Part shown: positions 10,113 through 22,383 of the stretch, one piece after another
How positions within the stretch are numbered: position 1 is the first letter of the stretch
Layout of the letters: every line of letters begins with the position of its first letter
Source of the DNA: Podarcis liolepis
Taxonomy: Eukaryota
DNA length: 64,000 nucleotides
Reading direction: 5' to 3' (one strand)
Assembly: GCA_965112155.1 (NCBI GenBank)
Contig: OZ218101.1
Program-made: the position numbers and the translations under genes
The notes under the pieces: generated by a model
Told to the model about the DNA's origin: nothing
Database searches by the model: none
The model's input: only the letters and a program-made list of their open reading frames with translations

Positions 10113-13100
10113 CTAAATAAATAAATACAAGTTAGCCTTTAACAACTAGTTACCTTGCCTAGAATACTTTGGAAGTTTCACTCAACAGCTTCCTGTTGGG
10201 TCTGGGTTAAATGCCAATTTGACCATATGAAACTTATTTATATCCAATAATATCACTGGCCCTGTATATCTGGCCCTGTATTACTGACTACTCTGATTGG
10301 CAGCAGCTGTCCTCAGGCAGAGCGCTTTCCCCCAGCCCTGAAAAAGGGAACTGTGCCCCTGCTTCACTCCCTCACCCCTCTCTCATGCATACGACAGTAC
10401 ATCAATACCACAAGGCAACATAATCAGGCTGTCTGCAGTTTATTTAGTGTTTCATTCTCTATGACACAAACGTTACCCTACACTATATGCAACAGGAAGT
10501 TCATTTCCAGCCACACACAAGGACAACACTTGTATACCACAAAGTCCAGGTATCTGAGGACAACCAAGCCTTCAAGATGCTGTGACACTCTTACATTGGA
10601 CCAAGAGGGTTCTGACTTAAGAGGCATCAATCATAATCCCACAAGTTCACCCCAACACATCCCTATAAGGAGTGGACTTTGGTTCCCTCTTGAATCCACT
10701 AAAACAACTGTATTGCAATGAAGTTGTTGTGAGCTGTCCCATGTGGTTGGCACTAAAAGCGTAGGATATAAAATTTTAAATAAATCTTTGGGACAATAGC
10801 AAGCCATAACAGCAATAGCAACTACACAGCCCTGTCCATCAATGGTCTTTCTGCATAAATGAAGCTTGAGTGTGTGTACATCAGGGACTAGATCTGCTTT
10901 CTCCTGCTAACACTAGTCCCATAAGTACTTACAAGGATGGTACTATAATCTGCAGTTATGCACGAAATACACACTGTATTACCATAAACTGAATTTCAGA
11001 CCTTGTTACAAAATAATTATATGAATCAGGGTATTCAGACAAATCAACCAAGAGGAAGAACTAATGAAATAACTGCAGGAAAGGGAAGAGGAGAGGCTAT
11101 TTTCATACTGGATCCTTCAAGCCATTTGCTTTTTGAGAGCCCAGGTGTCAGAATCTCAACAAAATGCTACTTTCCCTGCTAAATCCCAGTTTCTCAGCAA
11201 TCTGGACAGTTCATTATCATCACAACTGCTACAAAAAACTATTTTACACCCAGCAAATGCAACTACTATGCCTGTTTTTTTGTGTGCAGAACACCAGAAT
11301 CTCTCAAGACTAGAAGGACAGGCACTAACTGGATAATGCCCCTTGACATCCCTACCAGCCATAGTAGCTCCAAACATCCATGCATGCTTCATGCCATTCA
11401 GCAATGCCTGCTGCTGAGACAAAGGAGGGAGGACCTGGCTCACAGAGAGACCAGGAAGAGAGCAAGTGCCTTAAAAAAAAGGCTCAATTTCATAAATACA
11501 ACTAATAGTGGAGAGAACAAACTTGCCTGTGCAAAAATGTACACCCTCCAGCTACCTAATGGTTGGAATCCCAACAAACAGAACAGTTACCCTGTGATGC
11601 ATATATGATGCAAAGCTGAACAGCTTGGGAGAGTTCAGAAGTTTAAACGCTATTATTAAATGTGCTGTTTCACATAAGAGCACTAACCAGCTTACTAAAA
11701 GTTCCATTTCTTATTCAACAATGCACCATGAGCTATCACTGCGTATTTTTAACACATGTCAGACAAGGTCAACGTTTTCCACTGTCAACCCAAGTCTCTC
11801 AAGCAAGATTTCATTCCAATTGTGATGGAATGAAATCAGGAGTGTCTGGATTTGTCTGCAGACAGAAGAAATGGCAGTGACTATGCATTGGCTGCAAATC
11901 CAGCTACCATCAACCAAAGCATCAAGTTGACAGAGGGGAGACGGAGAGAAACTTGTTCCAAATCTAGTGTTTTTCAATGCGGTCTCAAATGCTATTCTAT
12001 AGTTTCAGAGTTATTTCTAACTCTTACTGAGTTTTATCAAAATGTAACTTAGATAATGTGTACTATTTGTCTAGAATAAAGTGTATGTGGGTCCCAATAA
12101 ACCTAAGAATGTTTTATCACAGTAAAACCCATTGGAGAGCTGGGCCTCAGAGCTACAGAACTCCAAAAAGAGGGGTGGGGGAAAGCATGCCATTGCAGTG
12201 ATTACTCTGAAACAGTAGAGGGCAATGCAGTCAAAGTGTTGTCTTGGTTGCCTTCCTAATTCCTGGAATAATGTGATTTCACAGACTGAAGAGCTCCCAA
12301 GGCTGGCTCCATCAAACAACTGCATGCAAACATTGCACACCTGGGGACTTCCCTTTATTAGAACCTTGCAGGATGAGAACAGCCAGTTGACTTTAAGCTA
12401 TAAATCTGAAAGATTCAATGAGACTTGCAATTCTGTAGGGCAAACAGGACCATGTGAAGCAAGAGAGGGGCTTATATTTTGTGTAAAGGCAAAAACCATT
12501 GCAGAAATCAGCCGGGCATCTGCCTAAAAACCATTCACAGCCAAATCTGTGATCTAATGTTAAACCAACTTCCTCCCAGGAGGGATCTGTGAAGCCAAGC
12601 AAGACACAAAGTTTACCAAATGCTGTTTACCATCTGAATTGTTCGGTGAGGACAACCCTTCACAAAATGTCATTGTTTCAGGAATTTATATGCAATAATC
12701 CTTACAATACAAAAACACTACAGGAACCAGCTTGTGATATGCAAGGGAGCTGGTTCTAAGTTTCCATGGGAGGAACTCTCAAATCTGCAACAAATTTGCT
12801 TCAGAACAAGGCAAAGGAGTTTACTTTCCCCCCTTCTCACATCTATCCCACTTTGGCATACGAGGTTGGATCCAGACATGCATGCCCTTCTGAGAAACAT
12901 CTCAGATCTAGCAGAGGTTCCTGCTGGAGGAAAGGAGAGCAATTTTTGAAGTCCCCCCCCCCCCGAGGCCTCCAACAACACTTCCCATGGTGTTCCAGAA
13001 GGTCCCTCAACTCCCTAGTAGCTACAGAAGGAACTGCCTCTAGCAGAGTGTTCTGCAAATAGAACTCAATTTACCCAACACACAATACACTAGTAATCGC

Positions 13101-13452
13101 TCCAAGTCTACCCTGTTTCAACCTAGCCTGTATACAAAAGACTATGTTTCTAAGCTAGTGAGAGTAATCAGTTTGTGCATCCATCTCTTCACAGTTCAAT
13201 TATGTCCATACATCAACTAGTACTATGACAATATCTTTACGGACCCTGATCTTGTGCCCAACACAAAGCAGTTTAGGAGCGGAAAGGTAACAAGCTAGCC
13301 TGCCAAGTCTGGTGCATTAGGTTGTAATTAAAAGGAATCAGAGCAGAGTTTGTTTAAAAGGAATCAGAGCAGAATTTGTTTAAAAGAAAGGTAGCACCTT
13401 AGTGATTATATAGTGAAGAAAAAGGATGGTAGGGAAAGTGAGCACAACTGAC

Positions 13453-15685
13453 CTGATTCAACATTTCCCATCATGGCTGGTGAAGACATGGCAAGAGACG
13501 CTTTGTGGTTGGGGGGTATTCCAGGACTCTGCAGTGGGGGCTTTGGAGATGAAGTCCATCCAGGAGAAGGTGCAGGGAGGGACGGAGACTTGAGATGGAC
13601 AGGAGAAGCGGCAGCAGAGCCCATAACAGGAGGAGATTTGATTGAAGCAGCAGCTGCTGCAGTCGGCCCTGCGAGTATCCCTGCCAGCTGGGATGGAGTC
13701 TGGGGGGACTTGAGGTTCCCGGAGGGCGAACCCAGCATGGGAGACTGGACCTGGCGCATGGTGGGGGACTTCAGTGGATTTATGCCTGGAGAATGAACCT
13801 GGCTGGCACCGACGGAAACATCCAAGGGCTTGCGTCCGAGGTTGCGCTGAACAGGAGGAGCTGTGTTGAGGCTGTTTGGGTTGCTGGAGGGATTCAGAGG
13901 TAGTGGTGGCATGTGGCTAAGCCGGTTGTTAGTCCTTTGGTCGGGCCCCATTTGTTCTCTGTGATTCCGGAGACCAACACCTGGGCCCTGAGACATAGGA
14001 TGGAAAGGTCTCGGGCCCATTCCATAGTCCTGCTGGGGATGCTCACCAAATGGCATGGGCACCATTTTCTGCTGCGAGGGGAGTATCTCCGAGACACCTG
14101 GGCGCATTTTCATCATTTCCTCCGGGCCCACTCCAGCTTCCCTCATCTTCTGAGGTATCATTGGTGGATTGGAACTCATGTTGACATTCAGATTCACATC
14201 CCCCTTCATGCTACCAGGGCCCATCCCAAATTCCAAGTCCCTACCAGCTGCCATCTGAGGTGGCATCCCTTTGGGGAAGTCTCCCCTGGAGGGGCTCATG
14301 GACCCTTCAACCGGCATACGTGGGAAGATGGGGTTATTGCCGGGCTCCATGTGTCTTTGAGAGGGAATCATCCGGTTCATTTCCATGCCAGGCCTGATGC
14401 CTTCAAGGCTCATGCCAGGGGGAAGTCCGAGCTGTTTTTCTGCCAGCTGCTGTTGAAAGATCTCCTCAGGCAGGCCCTGAGGATTGGGGAACCTCTCCCC
14501 TCGCCCAGGCCCACTGAACACACCTTGCCCAGGAGGGAAGTTTCGGCCATCTGGCATTTTTGGCACATCTTCCGGCCAAGGGACACCTGAAAGCCCGGGT
14601 CTAGAAGTGGCGTTTGGGACATTGGGACCCTCTATGTCAGGGTTTATCATTCCAGCAAACCCAGGCAGCCGCATCTGACCACCAGGCACATTGGGATGGG
14701 GGGCCATGCCCCTTGGGGGCAGTGAATGGGACATAGTCATACTTTCAGGAAAGGGCTCTGGGCCCCCAGGACCCCAGCCCTCACCTGGGGTCATCTGGTA
14801 TGGAGGTGGGGGGCCTCTGACCAATCCTCGAGGCCCATGCTGGTGAACCATCATGTCTTGTAAAGAACACTGCTGTACAACCTGCTCCTGCTTCCTCCTC
14901 TTTTCTTCGTAGAACTCCTGTTGCAACTTCAGCCAGGCCACCTGCTCGGGGGTCATGTGATCCAGGTGCTCTGGTCCTATAGGACCAGACTGAGAGTTTA
15001 AGGATGGTGGCCCAACTTCATCTGGTGAGAAGGGCATGTCTCGGTGCCCTGGAGGGCCAAAGGGAGCCCCTCCTTCTGTCCGGGGTCCTGGCCCTTTACC
15101 TAAACTTTGGGATTGAGCCATCAAGGCCTGTATTGGCCCTTCAGGCTTCTTTTGGGGACCATCCAGCACTCCAGAATTGGGCGGGGGAGGCCCAGCTTGG
15201 CCTCCAGTGAACTCCTTCTCATCTGGGAAAAGCATACGCTGAATATCTCGCAGAGTCTGCAGGGAACGTTCTCTATGCTCCAGCTGCTCCTGGGACAGTC
15301 CATCTGGATTTTCACCCATATTTGGTGGGTCCCCACCAGATACCTGCTGGTTGGGACCTTTAGGGTCCGCAGTGGAACTGTTACTTCCTTGGGAAACTGG
15401 ACTAACGGCTCTATTACTGGGGGTTGAAGTTTGCCCAAATCCTTCAGTTTGTAGAGGGGTGGAGTTTGCAGGACTTCCTGCTGACATCACTTTACTTTCT
15501 AATCCAGGATTGTCCTGCTCAATAGGACACGGAGGGCCAGTAGGTTTGGGTGCTGGTGCCGGCACTGGAATGGGTGGAGTCTGCTGCATTTTGGCATTCT
15601 GGGGAGGAGTCTGCTCTTGAGAAGCAGGCAGCTGCGATGGAGCTTGGGGCTTTGTATCATTTCGAAGTGGTGGAATCTGAGTGTT
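13453..15685 (-). CDS. BCL9: BCL9 large coding exon (HD2 beta-catenin-binding domain and HD3)
   Basis: ttcAG|AAC acceptor and G|gtcag donor; 2233 nt. Contains HD2 NPDGLSQEQLEHRERSLQTLRDIQRMLFP and HD3 MTPEQVAWLKLQQEFYEEKRRK. Confidence 0.98.
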
Positions 15686-15870
15686 CTGAAGAAAAAGGAA
15701 GACAAGTAAGTAATTTCACATGGCTCAAATGAAGCCTAGTTCTAGGGAAATGAGGAAGTCCAAGCTATGAGTTCACCTTTCGCCAATCATGCTTTAAACC
15801 ATTCTGTCAAGCAACTGGCAGCCTCACCCCTCCTGCCCACACTGTCTCCTCCATCTGTTAAGTTACTTAC

Positions 15871-15967
15871 CAAAGGTGCAGTGTTTCGTTCCACCTTGTT
15901 AGAGATGTTCTGAATGTGAAAAGATACAATGGTTTCCACTTGTCCTTTCAGCACAGCTTCTGCAGCC
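15871..15967 (-). CDS. BCL9: BCL9 coding exon (second half of HD1)
   Basis: ttcAG acceptor and TTG|gtaag donor; 97 nt. Encodes (K)AAEAVLKGQVETIVSFHIQNISNKVERNTAPL. Confidence 0.97.
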
Positions 15968-16703
15968 CTGAAGACAAACACAAGCAGCTGAAACATCACA
16001 GGGCATGTCAGTCCCTGTCAACAAAAGTCTGCACCCCTTTCTGTAATTGATAACATGCTAGCTGTCTTTTTTCTTAATCGCTCTTCATAGAAAGATTCCA
16101 GGACAGTGTACAAAACTAAGTGAAATTTGCACAATCAAACAAGATACAAAGCAATATAAAATCTTAAGAACTAACATTAGGATAAAGTACAATTAAAAAG
16201 AAAATAATCTAAAATCTATAAAACCTTGGCAAATGGGAAGGTCTTCCCCTGGTGCAAAAAGCTTGCTAGTGCCAGGCACACCCCATCCCATTAAAAATGG
16301 CATTCCAAAGTCCGTCGGTTACCATTCAGTAGGCCCTCTTTCTGTAAACGTAATATACCTCTACTAAAGAGGGCAACATCTAACGAAGATGTTATTTTAT
16401 GATTTAATTGGTTTCTATACCACCCTCTATCAGGGTGCTTTACAAATGCACAATTAAGTGCCAAATTGTCCACAAGGCAAATCACAGTTTTTCATTTTCC
16501 TAGAAGGATTCTCTTTCAACGTAGAACACACATTCATGCCCTTCCTCGTATGATGTGATGGAGATACAGGTACCTATTTAAGCAGATATGGTTGCAAGTG
16601 GAAGCCATGAATGGATATAACTTGTCATCATGTATAAGCAACAAACAGAACTAAACCGGAGGCTTTGGCTACTACATTCAATGTAAATTAAAGTGTCACT
16701 TAC

Positions 16704-16893
16704 TTATTAGCCATCTCTGTTGAAAAGACATAGACCACTTTGGATGGAGTCTTCTGCATACTACCTGGCTCTGAAGGAGCCGCCTGACCATGAGAAGGCG
16801 TGGAAGATCTTGGGGCTGAGGCATTTGAAGGAGTCAAGGAGTGTGCAGTATGCTGGGACTCTTGCGATTTTGCATGGTCAGCAGAGCCAAGAT
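16704..16893 (-). CDS. BCL9: BCL9 coding exon (first half of HD1, Pygopus-binding)
   Basis: tttcAG acceptor and AA|gtaag donor; 190 nt. Ends QKTPSKVVYVFSTEMAN(K). Confidence 0.96.
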
Positions 16894-19768
16894 CTGAAAC
16901 AGAAGTAGTGGAGAGGTCTCAGTCTCAAGAAAGATAGCAAAATTCCATTCCCATCTTTCAGAGCTCACTTAGTAGCACTTTCATTTTAGATACAGTACAA
17001 TCACCCACCATAAGATTCATTTGTTCTGGCATTTATATAAGACAATTATTTCTTATGAATGCCCATCCTAATATTGATAGCTGGCATTTACAACTTCAGA
17101 CTTTTTCTCCCATTTGCACCACAGCTTCTACTATTACACTTCGTGTGATTTAAAATCCAGTCATTCATAGTATACTCTTGTACATTTGTCAATTTCCACA
17201 CATCCACAAGGAAAACTCTTAAAGAGTATTTTGGCCTGAGGGCCACATTCATCTTTGGCCAATCCTCCAGGGTCTGCATGCCAGCAGCTGGTATAGCAAA
17301 CCTATACACTTTTAATGAAAACTTCCGCATGTGTGCGCACACAGAGGACGTGGTTTCACCCCTCCTCAGCTGATCCATGAAGATTCCCCCCCCCCCCGAA
17401 ACAGGAAAGGAGTGATTCTCCATCCTCATCAGGGTACCCTGCTTCAGCCACCAAAATATTGTGCATGGTTCCTCCCCCCCCCCATCACCATTAATGCCAA
17501 AAGTCATTGGGATCTCGGGGGCAGTGCAAGGATCAGTCACAGCTGTTGTAAAAAAATCTGACTGGTTTCAAATGAGGAGTGTGTGTGGAATCCTCCACCG
17601 GCAAAGCTACTGAACCTTCCACATTGTTCAGCTAGATAACACTTTCCCACAGTTTGCCTCAAACTGAGATGGCCTGCCCATAGTTGTTTAGATGTTTTAG
17701 TTTAAGACATACTGTAAATTCTACCAAGGTAAGGCTAACCTAGGACAATTGCTCCCACCTTGACACACCAACAATGACAGCTTTACACCACTTCATTGCC
17801 TTTCCCAAGAAATACACTAGAGTCAAATCCTAGAGTCTATTCAAAATCAGTACAAAGCTGATGTGTAAGCACTGTGCAAGCTGATGTATGCATAGGCCAG
17901 AGCATTTTGGCTGTATAGATTTTCTCAGCATATTTAGTGTAATATTTTCACATTTAAATTGCTCTTACCCAACACATGAGACATGGGGGTTGGTTCAGAG
18001 GCTAAGTGAGATTCAAATGGTTTCCGAAACTTTAAGAAGTCCACACCACACAGTAATCAAGTAATAAAGTTTCAAGATCCACATATGGCGATACAAAACA
18101 TTTTTATTTTATTTTCTTTGCAAAACATCATAAGCCAAGTAAAATGAGAAACAAGTCATGTGTTGAAAAATGTGCCGATGGGACAAAAAATGCCCTAATC
18201 CTCAGCTATGAACCCATAATGATCAAAGTGCCCCAAACTCGAAGGTGCTGCGCAAAAATTAAATACACAGCATAATCTCACCTGTAGGCTTGCAATCAAA
18301 TAACAGAAGGGAAAGCAAAAAGTAAAATAAAAGAGAAGAAAAGGAATTGGGGGGGGTGGCCAGATATAATTGCATGCTTCAGCTCACTTGAATTCAGCTA
18401 GTGGCCCCTGTGAATATCTTGAGCCCAGCAGCCCAGCAGCAAAGCTTGACACATTTGGGCTTATGTGGAGAACACTGGCCACTATCACACGAATTATGTT
18501 AGCCACTGAAGACAGTCCCAAGCACATGTGATTTACATAAACAGCACTTCCACAAGTGCAACAACACTCGTAAGACTAACATGAACAGTCCCTATGATAT
18601 TCCAAGCAGAACAGGACTTCTGAGATTGACAGATTAGAGCTGCATTCCTGTAGTCTAAGACACCATACAGCAACAACAGAAAGACTTTCCCTACCCCAAT
18701 CAAAGCTATATTTCAAGTGGGTGGAAATGATGGTCATCAATTATAAGCTGTGAAAATATCTGACTGCTCAGAGACCAGCCTTACTGAGCTGGGATATACA
18801 GGAACAAGCACTACTCTAGAGCAAAAGTTCCTCTCTGGGGGCTAAGATCCTCTTACTACTTCCATCGTATCCTGAAGTGGGCAAGGATGCACAGCATTAA
18901 TCTAGTTCTTCCCAACCTGTGAAACACAGACTATTTATCATCTGTCCTACTCCAAATTTTGTTTCACAAGCTATTTGCTTTCCTTATAGGCCTTCTCCAA
19001 GGGGACTAATGTTCCTCTATTGAGGTTTTTAACCCTCTCTATCCCAAGAGGGTCTCAGTGGATTAACATATCTATGAAATGAACATGTCTACACAATGAA
19101 AAACAAAAATACCCACTTAAATATCCTGCACACAAACAACAGATTGTGTCATTTTTGAGAAGCAAAGCAAAACCCATTCTTTTAACACTTACAGAAATAC
19201 AGGCTCAGATTTTGATAGCTGCTCCTTATGCGACATTACATAATTCACTAGAGATACCCAAGCACAGAATACACTCAGATCATGTCAATTACGAATGGCA
19301 CTCGGGCCTTTTTATAGTGTGGTGTTTGCATTTAAACCTATGGAAAAGACACCCTCTTCCTGAGAAAATGAGACCTTTGCCTGCAACGGAAGAAAGGTCC
19401 ACCGCTAGGCACATATCAAAACTGACCACAGCTTGCTGTGGGGTTCGTGGGACCTGCCTTCTTATCAAGCAAATCAAAAGAAACACTCTTGAAAAGACAA
19501 ATTGTTTGCCTCTTTTTACACTTGAGGAACTATTAGTTTAAAAGGGGGTCACTGCGACAAGTTTCAGAACATGTGCTTTGGCAGGAAGCTGCTTTTTCCA
19601 AGTCTTCCAATCCAATTGTCAAAAAACTTCCTTCGTGCCGATATACAGAACTGACTCATTTTGGCTGGTACAATATCTAGGGTTCAGAGCAAGTTAAAAA
19701 AAATCACAGAGGCTCTCAGTAAAAGCTGACACCCACTCATTTTTCTGCCCCTTCACATGTAGACATAC

Positions 19769-20085
19769 CTTTGATTTCAGATTCATCACTGGGAGTCCCA
19801 GCATCCCTTTGTTCAAATGAGTCCGCTGAAATGCTCCTCTCTCTCTTCCCTTTCCCTTTTGAACCATTGCCAGCCCCGTTCTTCAACCCCATGCTTCCTC
19901 CTTGTCCTGGGAGCACTTTTGGTGTGTGGCCCCCACTCTTGGGGTCGCAGGGAGAGGGCTGGGATTGGCCAGTTGAGCCCCCCTGTTTACCCTGGTTGGA
20001 GAATTTAGAGTCCAGCTGGGGGTTGCCAGATGGGGACATCACTGTAGGGGGACGGACCATCACCTCCTGCTTTGATTTGGGACTA
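19769..20085 (-). CDS. BCL9: BCL9 second coding exon
   Basis: ttccAG acceptor and G|gtatg donor; 317 nt. Encodes SPKSKQEVMVRPPTVMSPSGNPQLDSKFSNQGK...KGKGKRERSISADSF. Confidence 0.97.
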
Positions 20086-22025
20086 CTGGAAAATAAAGGT
20101 GGGGAAGAAGAGTAATTTGTAATAAAAGATATAAGAATGCCAATTTACACAGCAGTAGCCACCAGCTCAGCTTATTTTACAGAGTGTGGCCAGCACCAGT
20201 AAGTTAAATTCATCCACATGCATATTGTCCAGCAGCTATCTAAAAAAATGCCTTATTATCCAGCTTGAGGTATTACTACTTAAGCAAACAGAGAAAGGCA
20301 GCAACTACCCAGATCCTAGGAACCAGTCAGTCACATGGGGATGTACCTCTGTCACTTCTGTCAATAAAGACAATGGTTTCTATGTACAAAGACATGCCTC
20401 ACACTAAGACCAGCACAAAGCAAATAAGCAGGGCACCATAAAGTTCACAATGCCACCCATCTGGATTCAAACAACACAGCTCAACTGTCGGGGGGGGGGG
20501 ATGTTTTTCCATGAAAGTTCAACTGAATTTATACACAACTCTGAATTTCTATCCATTACCTGCCAGCGGAATGTAAATTTTAAAAATGCTCGTTTCAGTT
20601 ACTTTCAACTGTTAGAGGCAAAAAGTGCATCTTTCTGAAAACAAGTGCAAAAGAATATTGTAAAATAGCACTGAACTAGATTTCATCAGCACAGTAGATG
20701 TGGGGGAAATATATCAAATAAAAAGAGCTGAACCTCAGAACTGATCCATAATTATAGTCAGCAGCCACAATGTATATGTAGCCAACTTGCATGAAGAGGA
20801 ACACACCAGATCAGGGGTAGACCTCCCTGATAATGGAAGCTGGTCTGTAAGATCACTCAATTTCTTTGAGTCGTAGATTACTTGAAAGAGCTGTAAGATG
20901 CACATGAGTGGCAGAAGATATGAATCAGCTCTCAGATACAATGTAATAAAAAAACCAGCAATAAAGATGAGAAGGAACCCACCTGCCCCTTCCCCAATCC
21001 AATAATATACTTTTGTATATTATGCTTCTGGGCACAATTATTTTGAAACGGATTAGGTCCAGGATACTTCAAGGATCCCCTCCACTCATACCATTCCTAA
21101 GATCATAAGGAGAGACCCTTCTCTGTGTCCCATCAAAGGTAGAAGTATGGCTGGATGAGATATGAGAGAGGACTTGCTCCATGTCAACAACCAGACTACC
21201 ATATTCATTTGGCCCATGGTTGGTCACTTCCTACACAGCTTTCCCCCCCAGTTACTGAATAACTGTTTTTTCCCCAGAAGGCTTTTATAATATGAGGCAG
21301 ATAATGCTTTTTATGATTTTTTAAACTGCTAACTCTGCCTCTTTTGAAATTGTTTTCAACCATTTTCATGAAACTGGTTTTTCTATATTGTAAGTTATCC
21401 TAAGTGGCATGAAGTTTGGGGTATTAATGCTCTGATAAACTAATAATAATAATAATAATTAAGAGATCTGGTTACCTCAGGCAAAATAGCTACAATTTCC
21501 ATTCAATTTTGTGTTCTAAGGATGTTTCTTTGCACTTCTACTTATTTGGGGGGGGAATGTTTTTGTTCCATCTATACGAAGAATATGCTTCCCCCCTGAA
21601 CACCAAGACAGAAGTGACATGGGAACACTTCCTCTATGTGCCAATATTTACATTCCCCGTAAAATGGAAGTGGAAACACTGTGTGCTGTCAAGTGGAATG
21701 GTCAAAACTGTCACCCTCTCAAAGGCTGTTTTGTCAAATTAGAGGATTATGCCAGAGATACTCAATGGGGGCAAAAAACAACAAGAAAACACAAGCGACT
21801 ACAAAATCAAGAACCTCAAAAGAGATTGCAAAAACTTGTAATTTCTTATGAAATATCATATAAAGGCAGAGAGAACCAGCACATGAAGAGAATTCTCCAT
21901 ATCAGAATAAACTTGAATAGCACTCAGCAGATGAAACTCACATGACAGGGGGTTCCAATTAAAGTACAGAAGGCAAATAGCGATTCACGTCATAATGCCA
22001 CCAGAGAGACACAGAGAGAGGGGAA

Positions 22026-22027
<2 letters not shown>

Positions 22028-22070
<43 letters not shown>
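22028..22070. repeat. (AT)n microsatellite
   Basis: Perfect AT run about 16 nt from the donor of the first BCL9 coding exon. Confidence 0.95.
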
Positions 22071-22073
<3 letters not shown>

Positions 22074-22086
22074 GTATGCTATTTAC

Positions 22087-22139
22087 CTCTGGGCATTTCC
22101 TGATGGGGAATTTCTCACTTTGGGGTTACTGGAATGCAT
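22087..22139 (-). CDS. BCL9: BCL9 first coding segment
   Basis: ATG at 22139 encodes MHSSNPKVRNSPSGNAQ(S), ending at the donor AG|gtaaat; 53 nt. The seven exons sum to 4245 nt (1414 aa plus stop). Confidence 0.93.
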
Positions 22140-22383
22140 TGACAGAAATCCTAAGCACACAGCCACACGCACTGAAGGGGGCTTCTTGTCAAGTTCCTCT
22201 GTTGCTGCTGGCAGTTCTGAAGCACTTTCTGTCCCTTGCTTTCCTCAGTGCTGTCGGTCTGCTTGTCTTTTTCCTTTTTGCTTCTCTCTGTTGTTGCACT
22301 GGGCCTTTCCCTCTCGCAGCTCCAGCATTCTCCAAATGTGTGACTCCTGCTGTTGTGAGGAAGTCTCGCATCTCCAGGGCAAA
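22140..22383 (-). other. BCL9: BCL9 5' UTR part of the first coding exon, with uORFs
   Basis: Acceptor tttttttgttctttgactgggtttgattcAG gives an exon start at 22383; alternative AGs give 22416 or 22485. uATGs at 22371 and 22328. Confidence 0.6.

Noticed and set aside
13406-13452. Read-through of the large BCL9 exon into the intron as a truncated isoform
   Set aside because: A valid donor is present at 13452 and I saw no nearby minus-strand poly(A) signal.
13473-15620. Plus-strand ORFs antisense to the large BCL9 exon (for example 13913-14590)
   Set aside because: Shadows of a codon-biased coding exon.
17088-17540. 150-aa minus-strand ORF in a BCL9 intron
   Set aside because: No known motif; it overlaps degraded repeat-like sequence, and the flanking BCL9 exons join in phase without it.
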